A DNA stretch of 64,000 nt, taken from NCBI GenBank assembly GCA_965202785.1, contig OZ241855.1, positions 64,001 through 128,000 on the forward strand, read 5' to 3'. The stretch is from Thermodesulfobacteriota bacterium. GTDB taxonomy: Bacteria > Desulfobacterota_D > UBA1144 > Nemesobacterales > Nemesobacteraceae. Under the pieces are notes generated by a model that was not told the origin of the DNA, ran no database searches, and worked only from the letters and a program-made list of their open reading frames with translations. The stretch's first letter is position 1. The number at the start of each line of letters is the position of its first letter. Shown piece after piece: positions 52,360 through 62,091 of the stretch. The translations under genes were made by a program, and so were the position numbers.

Positions 52360-52382
52360 ATATGCTATCAATGATAGCATAT
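52360..52382. promoter_or_regulatory. Perfect palindrome; probable FitA-type operator
   Basis: ATATGCTATCA-A-TGATAGCATAT about 20 bp upstream of the antitoxin ATG. Confidence 0.75.
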
Positions 52383-52469
52383 TTTTCCGCTTCTTCAAAT
52401 CACCCTCAATGGGATATATGAGGATTGTAATTTCATTAGATACAACGGCTGACGCAAACAATCAGGAAG

Positions 52470-55400
52470 TCAAATGCCTCTTTTCCGGAACTCAAGCATG
52501 AGGCTGAAAACCGAAGGGATCAGAAACAGGGTGAAGACCGTGGAGAGAACCAGTCCGCCGACCACGACGCTTCCAAGGCCCTTGTAAAGCTCGGAGCCTT
52601 CTCCCGGAGCAAGCACAAGGGGAAGCATGCCGAACACGCTTGTGAGGGTGCTCATGAAAATCGGCCTTACCCTCACCCTTACCGATTCGCGTATGGCCAT
52701 CTGCTGCTCCATGCCCGCCCGCATGTTGTTAAGCGCCTGGTGGACTATGAGTATGGCGTTGTTAATAACTATTCCTATGAGAATCACAAAACCCAGCATC
52801 GTCAGTATATCAAGCGGCTGGTACGTGAACAGGTTAAGCGCGAAAAGCCCGAGGAATCCCCCGAGGGAGGCAAACGGAACCGTGATCAGGATAACAAGTG
52901 GATGGAGAAAACTCCCGAAAAGAGCGGCCATGAGCAGAAACGATATCACTACGGCCAGGAGAAAATTCAGCTGAAGCGCGTCTTTTGCCGTTGCGAGCTT
53001 GTCCGCGGTCCCGGCAAGGACAAAACCGGTCCGCTCCCCTACCTGCCCACTTTCACGAAGCACGGAGATTATATTGTCGTTAATGATCTCTATCCCCTCC
53101 TCAAGCGTAACTTCTTCGGGAGGAGTTATCTGTATCGTTATCACCCTTTGTCTTTCGTAGTGATTTATCTGTTCCGGACCGCTCTCAAGGCTGACCCTGG
53201 CTAAAGCTCCCACGGTAACCACCTGCCCGCTCGGAGAAGTGATCATTATGTTCTCTATATCCTGGGTTCTCTCGGAGAAATCCTGCTCCGCCCGCAAGAC
53301 TATGTCGACCTCCTGTCCCTCGAGGTTAAACTCGCTTGCCGCGACGCCGTCTATGAGGGATCTCACGGCAAACCCGAGCTCGCTGTTGGTGATCCCGACC
53401 CGGGAAGCCGCCTCCCGCTGAGTAACGATCCTGACCTCGGGGCTTCCGAGATCAAGGCTCGGAATCGGTCTTACCTGCGCCCCGGGAATGGCCTCCATGG
53501 ACATGAAAAACACGCTTCTCGCGACCCTCAGTATCTCATCGAGATCATCTCCCGTGACGTTAACGTCTATCGCCCTCCCCTCGCCTATGTTGCTGTTAAA
53601 AATGCTGGGCTGGACTATCACGCCGAACGTCCCCGGAACCTTGGATAGGGCCTGTTGAAGAACCGGGAAGAGTTCCTTGAGTTCCTTTCTTTTCTCGGCG
53701 ACCGCGCCCATGACAATCTGTTTTCCCCTCGCGACGTAGAAAAAGTTCTTTATCCGGGGAAGGTCCCTCTCGGCCGAGGTCCTCTCGTTTATGTAGGGCT
53801 CGAGATCCGCCTCGATCTGCTTTCCGATGGCGGTATATTCCTCGACATTGTATCCGGGAGGCGGAATAAGTATCCCGAAAAGAAAGTTCCTGTTTCCCGT
53901 GGGCAGGTATTCGGTCTTGGGAAAAACGGCGATTATAAGCACTATTGACAGGAGGGTGAAGGAACCCACGAGAACCACTCTTCTCCTGACGCTTGTCATT
54001 ATCTGCTCGGTGAAGCGGTTTATAAAGCCGGAGACCCTTCCCGAGAAGACAAGCAGCCGCGACATGAAACGAAGGCGTTCAAGAGATTCCGCGCCCTTCG
54101 CGGAGAGGTACTTCGAAGACGCGGACGGTATGACGGTTATGGAAACAAGAAGACTCAGTATGACGGAGACACTTATCGCTATGGCTATGTCTCGAAACAG
54201 CTGTCCGGTCTGCTCCTGAATGAACATGATCGGAATGAACACGGCGGCCGTGGTGAGGGTGCTTGCAAGCACCGCCCCCCAGACCTCGGTCGTGCCGTCA
54301 TAGGCCGCCTTGACCCTCGATTTCCCCATCTGCATGTGGCGGTACACGTTTTCAAGAACCACGATTGAGTTGTCTATAACCATGCCGACGGCGAAGCTCA
54401 TTCCCGCGAGACTGACCACGTTTATAGTGCGCCCGAGCGCCTCGAAAACTATGAAAGTCCCTATGACGCTTGACGGTATCGCGATTGCCACAATCATCGT
54501 GCTGCTCGCGCTTCTCAGGAAAAGAAGGAGAACCGTTATGGCGAGCACACCGCCTATAATAAGATTGCTCCTCACAAGCTTTATCGCGTTTTTTATGTAC
54601 CCGGTCTCTTCATAGACATTGCGGAGGTGAAGTCCGTTTTCCTTGAGGACGCCCGTATTCAGTTCCTCAACGGCCGCAAAGAGGGCCTCTTTAGTCTCCA
54701 TTGAGTTCGCCCCGCTCTCGCGAAGCACGTTAACGGCAATGGAGGGCTCTCCGTTCTGCCTTACCGTGTAGCCCGGGTCCTCGTATCCGAGGCGGACAGT
54801 GGCAAGGTCTCTCAGGTAAACGGGAAGGCCGCTTTGCGCGGTAGCCACTACTATGTTCCCTATATCACGCGTGGTTCTGTACTCTCCGACGGTTCGAACG
54901 AGATACTGCCTTTTACCTTCGCTAAAGGAACCGGCGCTGAAGTTCTCATTCTCCCTGTCAATGGAAGCGGCAAGCTCGGCTATTGTGATATTTCTCTTGG
55001 CAAGCGCGGCGGGGTCGAAAAGAACCTCTATGAGCCGTTCCCTTCCGCCGAACACGTTTGAAGCCCCGACTCCGGGGACCCTCTCAAGCCTGGTACGGAT
55101 TATCTCGTCCGCGAAGTCGTAGTAAAGATTTATATCGGTGGGATTATGAGGAAGTGGCTTCAGGATAAACCACGCCATGGCGTTCGCCCTGGGATCGACG
55201 GTGGTTATCACGGGCCGCTCGACCTCGTCCGGATATTCCCTTACCTGGTCAAGCCTGTTTGACACCTTGACCACCTTGGAGTCGATGTCGGCGCCGACTT
55301 CAAACTCGAGTATTACCTCGGAGGAGTTCTCCGAGCTCTCGCTGTCAAGCCTTGTGAGGCCCGTTATTCCCCTGAGCTCGTCTTCCTGCTCGTTTACCAC

Positions 55401-55586
55401 CTCGCTTTCTATCTCAAAGGGGCTTGCCCCCCTCCAGAAAGTGCTCACGGTGACTCTGAGCGTCTCGACGTCCGGGGTAAGCTGAACGGGAATTTTGAAA
55501 AGCGAGATAACCCCGAAAATAACGAGGAATATAACTCCGACGGCTACGGTTACGGGGTTCTTTATAGAGGTCTCGACAAGATTCAT
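52470..55586 (-). CDS. RND efflux permease (AcrB/AcrD/AcrF family)
   Basis: 1038 aa with duplicated TM/periplasmic architecture, GMVIDNSIVVLEN, NNAILIV, RVRPIFMS. Confidence 0.93.
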   Translation of the reverse strand: MNLVETSIKNPVTVAVGVIFLVIFGVISLFKIPVQLTPDVETLRVTVSTFWRGASPFEIESEVVNEQEDELRGITGLTRLDSESSENSSEVILEFEVGADIDSKVVKVSNRLDQVREYPDEVERPVITTVDPRANAMAWFILKPLPHNPTDINLYYDFADEIIRTRLERVPGVGASNVFGGRERLIEVLFDPAALAKRNITIAELAASIDRENENFSAGSFSEGKRQYLVRTVGEYRTTRDIGNIVVATAQSGLPVYLRDLATVRLGYEDPGYTVRQNGEPSIAVNVLRESGANSMETKEALFAAVEELNTGVLKENGLHLRNVYEETGYIKNAIKLVRSNLIIGGVLAITVLLLFLRSASSTMIVAIAIPSSVIGTFIVFEALGRTINVVSLAGMSFAVGMVIDNSIVVLENVYRHMQMGKSRVKAAYDGTTEVWGAVLASTLTTAAVFIPIMFIQEQTGQLFRDIAIAISVSVILSLLVSITVIPSASSKYLSAKGAESLERLRFMSRLLVFSGRVSGFINRFTEQIMTSVRRRVVLVGSFTLLSIVLIIAVFPKTEYLPTGNRNFLFGILIPPPGYNVEEYTAIGKQIEADLEPYINERTSAERDLPRIKNFFYVARGKQIVMGAVAEKRKELKELFPVLQQALSKVPGTFGVIVQPSIFNSNIGEGRAIDVNVTGDDLDEILRVARSVFFMSMEAIPGAQVRPIPSLDLGSPEVRIVTQREAASRVGITNSELGFAVRSLIDGVAASEFNLEGQEVDIVLRAEQDFSERTQDIENIMITSPSGQVVTVGALARVSLESGPEQINHYERQRVITIQITPPEEVTLEEGIEIINDNIISVLRESGQVGERTGFVLAGTADKLATAKDALQLNFLLAVVISFLLMAALFGSFLHPLVILITVPFASLGGFLGLFALNLFTYQPLDILTMLGFVILIGIVINNAILIVHQALNNMRAGMEQQMAIRESVRVRVRPIFMSTLTSVFGMLPLVLAPGEGSELYKGLGSVVVGGLVLSTVFTLFLIPSVFSLMLEFRKRGI

Positions 55587-56650
55587 TGCTCTATGGTGTC
55601 AGTGATCCTGACTTTCTGCATGGGCATGAGTCTCTCGTTTCCCCTTACGACCACGCTCTCCCCTACGCTTATTCCCCCTTCGACGCGAGTGAAGCTCTCA
55701 TACCAGCCCTTTTCTTCCACCGGCACCGGGTGCGCGAGGCCTTCCCTCACGGCAAAAACCATAGGGCCCTGGGGAGACCTGACTATGGAATCTTTCGGCA
55801 CGAGCTTTATTTTCTCGGTTTCGCCGATCCTTACCATAACTACGGCGGAAGCCGAGGATTTTATCGCATGATCGGGATTCTCAAGCACCACCCTTACCGG
55901 AAAGGATACGGTTCTGGGGTCCGCGTCCGGGATGACTGAAGAGATTTGTGCGGGAATGGTGAGCCGATTGTGAGAGGGCAGCATGACCTCGACCTCCATG
56001 CCCTCGCTTATGTCATCTATGTACCTCTCGGGTATCCCGGCCATTACCTCTATCGTGTCTATGTCCACAAAGGAAACCACCTTGTCCCCGAGACCCAGCC
56101 ACTGCCCCGCTTCGGCGTGGTGCTTAGTCACGTAGCCGTTAAAAGGAGCGGCGATTCTCGACGCCGCAAGATCGTATTCGGCCATTTCGATGCGGCTTTC
56201 AAGACTGAGCAGCCCGGCCTGGCCGGACTCCCTCCGGGTCCTCGCCCTGTCAAAATCTCCTTCAGAAATAATTCCCTTGTCGTAAAGCTCTTTCATCCTT
56301 GCAAAATCTTTTTCCGAAAGCTCGGCCCTCGCAAGGGCTTCCTTTCTCTCGTTTTTAAGCCGTTCGAGAGCAAAGCGGATCTTGTCGTTCTTTATCTCGG
56401 CGAGGGTCTCGCCCTTCTTTACGTACTGGCCCTCCTCGGCGTTCATTTTCCCGACGACTCCTTCGACCTCGCTTGATATAACGGATTTTCTGGCGGGAAA
56501 TGTCGCTCCGACAAGCCTGAGGGGTTTCTTTACCTCCCTCTCGACGACCGCGGACACAACCACCGGCACGTCGGGGGGCTGAGCGAGTAAGAGCCCGGGA
56601 AAAAGACAGGCAGATAAAAAAAGCAGCAAGGCTTTTGTTCGCATAAACAA
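55583..56650 (-). CDS. RND periplasmic adaptor (membrane fusion protein)
   Basis: SEVEG...EGQYVKKGETL lipoyl halves, coiled-coil hairpin, IAAPFNG. Confidence 0.9.
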   Translation of the reverse strand: MFMRTKALLLFLSACLFPGLLLAQPPDVPVVVSAVVEREVKKPLRLVGATFPARKSVISSEVEGVVGKMNAEEGQYVKKGETLAEIKNDKIRFALERLKNERKEALARAELSEKDFARMKELYDKGIISEGDFDRARTRRESGQAGLLSLESRIEMAEYDLAASRIAAPFNGYVTKHHAEAGQWLGLGDKVVSFVDIDTIEVMAGIPERYIDDISEGMEVEVMLPSHNRLTIPAQISSVIPDADPRTVSFPVRVVLENPDHAIKSSASAVVMVRIGETEKIKLVPKDSIVRSPQGPMVFAVREGLAHPVPVEEKGWYESFTRVEGGISVGESVVVRGNERLMPMQKVRITDTIEQ

Positions 56651-56872
56651 GGCTTCTCTCTATATATAACAGTATTCCGTTCAAAGTAACCGCGAAGAAC
56701 CCGCGCACATCGTATTTAAAGGCGCAGGACGGCGCCGATACGTTTCGGAATCCTGTAAATTATACATGACTGAACAACCGCTACTATAGACAAGCAACAT
56801 CTTCAATTCTCTCCTTGTATTATTCCAAATTGGTATTAGCATATAGGCATAAAAACCCCAAAGGAGATTGAA

Positions 56873-57205
56873 ATGGCATCCTCAAACATAGTCGAAGTAG
56901 TAGATTCTGTGTTCGATAAGGAAGTAATGGAAAGCGAAATCCCCGTTCTGGTAGACTTCTGGGCTCCCTGGTGCGGTCCCTGCAGGGCCCTTTCCCCAGT
57001 AATCGAGGAAATCTCCAATGACTACGAAGGCAGCGTGAAGGTGGGAAAGGTGAATGTGGATGAAAACCCCCAGACGACAATGAAATTCCGCATAAGAAGC
57101 ATTCCCACGCTGATAGTTTTTAAAAACGGCGAGGTCGCCGAGCAGATAGTCGGCGCCGTCCCGAAAAGTGAAATAGAAAAAGTGTTGAACAAGACCCTGG
57201 ACTGA
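56873..57205 (+). CDS. trxA: Thioredoxin
   Basis: DFWAPWCGPC, IPTL; AAGGAG SD. Confidence 0.97.
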   Translation: MASSNIVEVVDSVFDKEVMESEIPVLVDFWAPWCGPCRALSPVIEEISNDYEGSVKVGKVNVDENPQTTMKFRIRSIPTLIVFKNGEVAEQIVGAVPKSEIEKVLNKTLD

Positions 57206-57231
57206 TACGTTCCGGGCACGGGTACGAAAAG

Positions 57232-57522
57232 ATGGGCAAATACATAATGCTTAGCAACCTCACCGACGAGGGCAGAAGGACCATAAAGATGAAGCCCGAG
57301 AGGATAAAAGAGGTTAACAGGGAGCTTGAAGAGATGGGCGCCAAGGTTGAAGCCCAGTACGCGGCGCTCGGTCCTTACGACTTTGTGAACATAGTAGAAG
57401 CCCCGGATAACGAAACGATCACGAAAATAGTAATAGAACTCGGTTCAAGGGGCACAATCCATATAGAAACCCTTGCCGCAATCCCCATAGGCGAATTCGA
57501 AGAAAAACTGATAAACGAATAG
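57232..57522 (+). CDS. GYD-domain protein
   Basis: YIML..LT.EG, GPYD, ETL pattern; 96 aa. Confidence 0.8.
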   Translation: MGKYIMLSNLTDEGRRTIKMKPERIKEVNRELEEMGAKVEAQYAALGPYDFVNIVEAPDNETITKIVIELGSRGTIHIETLAAIPIGEFEEKLINE

Positions 57523-57690
57523 CGCCTCACTTCCCCCAGGCATTAAACGAAAAGAAACTTTTTATCTGTATATAAATCATCGTAAAAAAACTGGACTGCT
57601 TGCTCCCGTTGTGGTGTATAATCGTAAAATACGTCAACGGACCGGAGATTCGGTGATGGCGATACATATTTCAATTGGAGGTATCTGGCC

Positions 57691-58977
57691 GTGAAAAAAT
57701 TAATCATTCTGGGTTCTGTCCTGCTTTTGGTTTCCATGGGAATATTCTCTTCGGGGTGTTTTCACGACGAAGAAGACGAGGCAGAAGTGGACTGTGCGGA
57801 AACTTTCTGCATAGGAACGCTTCTGGCTGAAGGCGAAGTGTTTAACGGTCCTCTTATAGCAGCCGTCGGGCTTGCTAAAGACGACATTAACAAGGCAGGG
57901 GGGAATACAGAGATCATAAGCGGGAACTCTTTTGAAGCGGGAAAGTCCCAAGTGACCGCAAGCGCGATGGAGCTTCTTGAAGCGGGTGTTCGCGGCATGG
58001 TAGCACCTTCATACTCTTCAGACTCTCTCGCGGTTCATCCTTTTCTAAGCGAGAATGAAATACCCGCTATTTCTCCCTCGGCAACTTCTCCCGCCCTCAC
58101 CGACGAGAACAAGAAGGTTGTGGACAGTGGAGATCAGCCTTTTTTCTTCAGATTATCTCCCTCTGACCTCTTTCAGGGACCAATACTGGCGGCCCAGGCG
58201 ATACAGTCTGAGGGCAATACTGTTATAGTGAATCGTGATGACACATGGGGAGAAAACCTTGCAGCAATCGTCGAGGAAAGAATAATGTCTTCCGGCAGAC
58301 AGGTCGAGGTGGTTAGTTATCCTTCCATTTCTCCAGATGCCGCTTCTGTGGTTTCAGATGTTGAGGCGGCAGTGCAAAGAATCGGAGACGTAGGTTCTTT
58401 AGTAATACTTGCTTTTACGGAGGGGGGGGAAATAATCAAGGGCCTGCTGGATTCTTCAGTGATTCCCGAGGGAACCGGATATTACATTGGGGACGGGCTC
58501 ATTTTTGAGGATGACCTCTTTCCGCATGTGGATGAGGAAAACGGTGAAATTGAAGGATTCAGGCGTGTAAGCGCGACTCCACCTCCGGGAGAAAGGCTTG
58601 AGGAATTCAAGGAACGGTTTGACGCCGGCAACTTTAATGACTATACCGCGCAGGCCTACGATGCGGTGATCATACTCCGCCTTGCGGCCTTAAGCGCTGG
58701 AAGCGACGACCCCTCTGTTTACGTTTCCAAAATCCAGGATGTCACCGGAGAAGGAACAAAGTGCCACAGTTACGCTGCCTGCGCCGCGGCGCTTACCGAT
58801 GAAACCTCGATTAACGATGATATCGACTACGAAGGAATTTCAGGTCCGATCGATCTTAATGACAATGGAGATATAACGGATGGACTCTACGTGCTTGATA
58901 CATACGATGCTCAAGGTGTACCAGAAAAAACATATCTTAATTTTCAAGGCGAAGAAGTAGAAGTGAATACGAATTAA
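57691..58977 (+). CDS. Orphan ABC substrate-binding lipoprotein (type 1 periplasmic binding fold, LivJ/K-like)
   Basis: Lipobox SSGC, DINKAGG, ISPSATSPAL, FFRLSPSD, AYDAV, YEGISGPID; GGAGG SD. Confidence 0.82.
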   Translation: MKKLIILGSVLLLVSMGIFSSGCFHDEEDEAEVDCAETFCIGTLLAEGEVFNGPLIAAVGLAKDDINKAGGNTEIISGNSFEAGKSQVTASAMELLEAGVRGMVAPSYSSDSLAVHPFLSENEIPAISPSATSPALTDENKKVVDSGDQPFFFRLSPSDLFQGPILAAQAIQSEGNTVIVNRDDTWGENLAAIVEERIMSSGRQVEVVSYPSISPDAASVVSDVEAAVQRIGDVGSLVILAFTEGGEIIKGLLDSSVIPEGTGYYIGDGLIFEDDLFPHVDEENGEIEGFRRVSATPPPGERLEEFKERFDAGNFNDYTAQAYDAVIILRLAALSAGSDDPSVYVSKIQDVTGEGTKCHSYAACAAALTDETSINDDIDYEGISGPIDLNDNGDITDGLYVLDTYDAQGVPEKTYLNFQGEEVEVNTN

Positions 58978-58990
58978 TTCCCTACGGCAA

Positions 58991-59019
58991 CAAGCCCGCG
59001 ATTGTTCGTCGCGGGCTTG
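58991..59019. terminator. GC-rich hairpin after the binding-protein gene
   Basis: 11-bp perfect stem CAAGCCCGCGA/TCGCGGGCTTG, 7-nt loop; no good U-tract. Confidence 0.5.
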
Positions 59020-59213
59020 GGAAAACAGCTTCAGAAGGTCGGCCGGAAACTCAAATTCCCACAGCTTTCAGGCCCATAAGCAGTATTCACCGACCTTCCC
59101 TCCCATGTACTTCCAGAAGGGCGCTTTTCGGTATCAGGAACTTTATTTTTGATTGAAGAGCGTATAACCTTAACCAACCCGCGGGGATAACTGCTCACCC
59201 GGGAGAACGTACT

Positions 59214-60497
59214 ATGAAAGCGGCCCGTCTTCACGGATTCAAAGACATATTCCACCCCGAAACGGAAAAACTGCGGCTCGTAGAGAGCAAGACCAAAGAG
59301 GTGTTCGAGCGCTTCGGTTTCTCCGAGATAATCATTCCGATTCTGGAACTCTCCGGGGTCTACTCAACGGGGCTCGGCGACACCACCGATATCGTCCAGA
59401 AGGAGATGTACACTTTCGAGACCAAGGGCGGGGAGTGGGTCTCGATGCGACCCGAGGGAACGGCGGGAGTTGTAAGGGCCTTTATCGAGCATTCCCTTCA
59501 CAGAAAGTCGCCCGTGACGAAGCTTTACTACTCGGGAGAGATGTTCAGGCACGAGAGACCCCAGGAAGGAAGACAGAGAAGCTTTAACCAGATAGGGGCA
59601 GAGCTTTTCGGTTCCAGGGACCCCCTTTCGGATTCAGAGATAATCGCGATGCTCTGGCTTGCGATCACGGAACTCGGGCTCTCAGATCACGTGGAGCTTG
59701 AACTTAACTCAATAGGCAAGCCTGAAGAGCGCGACCGGTACAAAAAAGCCCTTACGGACTTTCTTTCCCCGAACAAGGACTCTCTTTGCGAGAACTGCCA
59801 GAACAGACTCGGCACGAATCCACTTCGGATACTTGACTGCAAAACCGGAACGTGCCGCGAGATAACTTCCCAGATCCCCTTCTCGATCCAAGATTATCTC
59901 TCGGAGCAAAGCAGCGAGCATCTGAAAGCTCTTACATCCTCTCTTGAGGGAAAATCGATACCCTACAGACTCAACCCCAGGATAGTGAGAGGACTTGATT
60001 ACTACACAGACACCGTCTTCGAGGTAACGACGGACAAACTCGGTTCCCAGAACGCCGTGGCCGCCGGAGGAAGATACGACCTTCTGGTGGAGCGGATGGG
60101 AGGACCGGAAACTCCCGCAGTGGGCTTTGCGATCGGGCTTGAGAGGATACTGCTTCTGCTTGAAAAAACCGGGACGCGGAGAAATTCTCCGGGGAAAAAA
60201 CAGCTCGTGTGCGTTATCCATATCGGTGATGAGGCCAGAGAGGAAGCGGCGAAAATAGCCGAGGGCCTGAGGAAAAAGGGCATGCGGGTTGAGACCGAAT
60301 ACGAAAACAAAAGCTTAAAAAGCCAGATGAGAAAAGCGAACAGGACCGGGGCGGCGTACTCAGTAATTATCGGAGAGGACGAGCTTCGGAAAAAAGTCTT
60401 TTCGCTTCGCAACATGAGAACCGGAGAGGAAAAGTCGTTCCCCCTCGAAAAACTCGCCGACCTTGGGGGGCACGGCGATTTCCGGAAACTTCTCTGA
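59214..60497 (+). CDS. hisS: Histidine--tRNA ligase
   Basis: TDIVQKEMY, RPEGTA, FRHERPQ, RGLDYY, AGGRYD, GFAIGLER. Confidence 0.97.
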   Translation: MKAARLHGFKDIFHPETEKLRLVESKTKEVFERFGFSEIIIPILELSGVYSTGLGDTTDIVQKEMYTFETKGGEWVSMRPEGTAGVVRAFIEHSLHRKSPVTKLYYSGEMFRHERPQEGRQRSFNQIGAELFGSRDPLSDSEIIAMLWLAITELGLSDHVELELNSIGKPEERDRYKKALTDFLSPNKDSLCENCQNRLGTNPLRILDCKTGTCREITSQIPFSIQDYLSEQSSEHLKALTSSLEGKSIPYRLNPRIVRGLDYYTDTVFEVTTDKLGSQNAVAAGGRYDLLVERMGGPETPAVGFAIGLERILLLLEKTGTRRNSPGKKQLVCVIHIGDEAREEAAKIAEGLRKKGMRVETEYENKSLKSQMRKANRTGAAYSVIIGEDELRKKVFSLRNMRTGEEKSFPLEKLADLGGHGDFRKLL

Positions 60498-60539
60498 TTC
60501 GCCCGCGACGGCGAAATCCCGTTAACACACAAAGAGTCT

Positions 60540-61772
60540 ATGCTTAGAAACAAAATTTTTTACGGATGGATCATAGTCATAGCGGGACACCTGCTCATAA
60601 CGCTTGACGGGATGGTTCTCTACTCCTTCGGGATATTCCTCCCTTACCTCAACGAAGCTTTCGGTCTCTCCAACGCCGCCGGATCGTCATTTTTTTCCCT
60701 GAGATGCGTCTGCATGGCCTTTTCGTTCGTGTTCGCGGGAAGGCTTATAGACACCCACGACGCGAGGTACCTCACCTTCTTTGGAGGACTTGTAGGAGCA
60801 TTCGGCTTTCTTCTCTCCGCTTATGCCCAAACCACCTGGGAACTCTATCTGACCTACAGCGTAATGGTGGGAATAGGAGACGGATTTCTCTACATACTGC
60901 CCGTTACAATTATCAGCAGGTGGTTCGTTAAGAAAAGGGCGCTTGCCATAGGGATCGCCACGGCGGGGGTCCCGGTAAGCGGGCTGGTGGTAAACCCGCT
61001 TACCACCTGGCTTATAGAATCATTCGGTTACGAGCGCGCCCTTGTTTATCTCTCCATAATTTTTACCGTGATACTCTGTTCCGCGTTTCTGGTGAAAAGC
61101 CACCCAGAAGACATGAACCTAAAGGCGTACGGGGAGAACTCGGAAGATACGGCGGAACAGAAGGGGGCTTCCGACTGGAGTCCGAAGCAAGCGTTTTCAC
61201 ACTCAAGCTTCTGGCTTATGTACGCCGCCTTCTTCTTCGGGTTTAACACTTTTCTCATTATTGTCGTTAACCTTTTTAACTTCTCGGTAGGGTCGGGAAT
61301 AACGCCGCTTGTGGCGGCCGGGGCACCCGCATTCATAGGGGTCGGAAGCATTATCGGACGGATTTTCTTCTCGGGAGTGGTAGCCAATATCCTGAAGGAC
61401 GTGCGCATACTGTTTGTCTGCTATTTCCTCCAGGCATGTTCAATAATCCTGATTCTGCTGGTCGTGGAGGTATGGTCGCTTTACCTGTTCGGCTTTCTCT
61501 TCGGCCTTTTCTACAGCGGATGGGTACCGATGTTTCCGACTATACTGGGAAGATTCTACGGACTTAAGTCGCTTGGAAGCATCTTTGGCGTTTTCGGCAC
61601 CGGGTTCTCCCTGGCCGCGATCAGCGGTCCTCTCATCTCTGGATTCCTATTCGACATGACCCAGAGCTACTACAACTCCCTTGTAGTGGCGATGGCGGCG
61701 TCTTTCATAACGGCCTTGTTAACGCTTCTTATAAAGACTCCAGTAAAAAAAACTGACAAAATCGCTACTTAG
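60540..61772 (+). CDS. MFS transporter (OFA/monocarboxylate-like)
   Basis: FYGW N-terminus, GRLIDT, WFVKKRALA, about 12 TM segments. Confidence 0.88.
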   Translation: MLRNKIFYGWIIVIAGHLLITLDGMVLYSFGIFLPYLNEAFGLSNAAGSSFFSLRCVCMAFSFVFAGRLIDTHDARYLTFFGGLVGAFGFLLSAYAQTTWELYLTYSVMVGIGDGFLYILPVTIISRWFVKKRALAIGIATAGVPVSGLVVNPLTTWLIESFGYERALVYLSIIFTVILCSAFLVKSHPEDMNLKAYGENSEDTAEQKGASDWSPKQAFSHSSFWLMYAAFFFGFNTFLIIVVNLFNFSVGSGITPLVAAGAPAFIGVGSIIGRIFFSGVVANILKDVRILFVCYFLQACSIILILLVVEVWSLYLFGFLFGLFYSGWVPMFPTILGRFYGLKSLGSIFGVFGTGFSLAAISGPLISGFLFDMTQSYYNSLVVAMAASFITALLTLLIKTPVKKTDKIAT

Positions 61773-61814
61773 CCCCCAGGTTTTGGTTATATTAGAAAGT
61801 GGGAGAAAAAAACC

Positions 61815-62003
61815 ATGTTCGGACTTGGCACGGCTGAATTACTGATAATACTTTTTATCGCCCTTGTAGTTCTTGGGCCCAAGGAACTCCCAAAAGTCGC
61901 AAGAACTCTCGGCAGGGGAATAAGAGAGCTCCAAAGAGCCAAGGATGATATAAAAAAGAACATAGAATTTGAAGACGATTTTGACGAGAAGACCAAGTCC
62001 TAG
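61815..62003 (+). CDS. tatA: Twin-arginine translocase TatA/TatB subunit
   Basis: MFGLG..ELLII...LVVLGPKELP..ARTLG. Confidence 0.88.
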   Translation: MFGLGTAELLIILFIALVVLGPKELPKVARTLGRGIRELQRAKDDIKKNIEFEDDFDEKTKS

Positions 62004-62091
62004 GCTTCCCAAAAGAGCGGAAATCCTTACTTGTCAAAAGCACTTTCTCAGATAGTATTTACGCTAATCGTTTTTCCCTTGAGTCCTCTCT

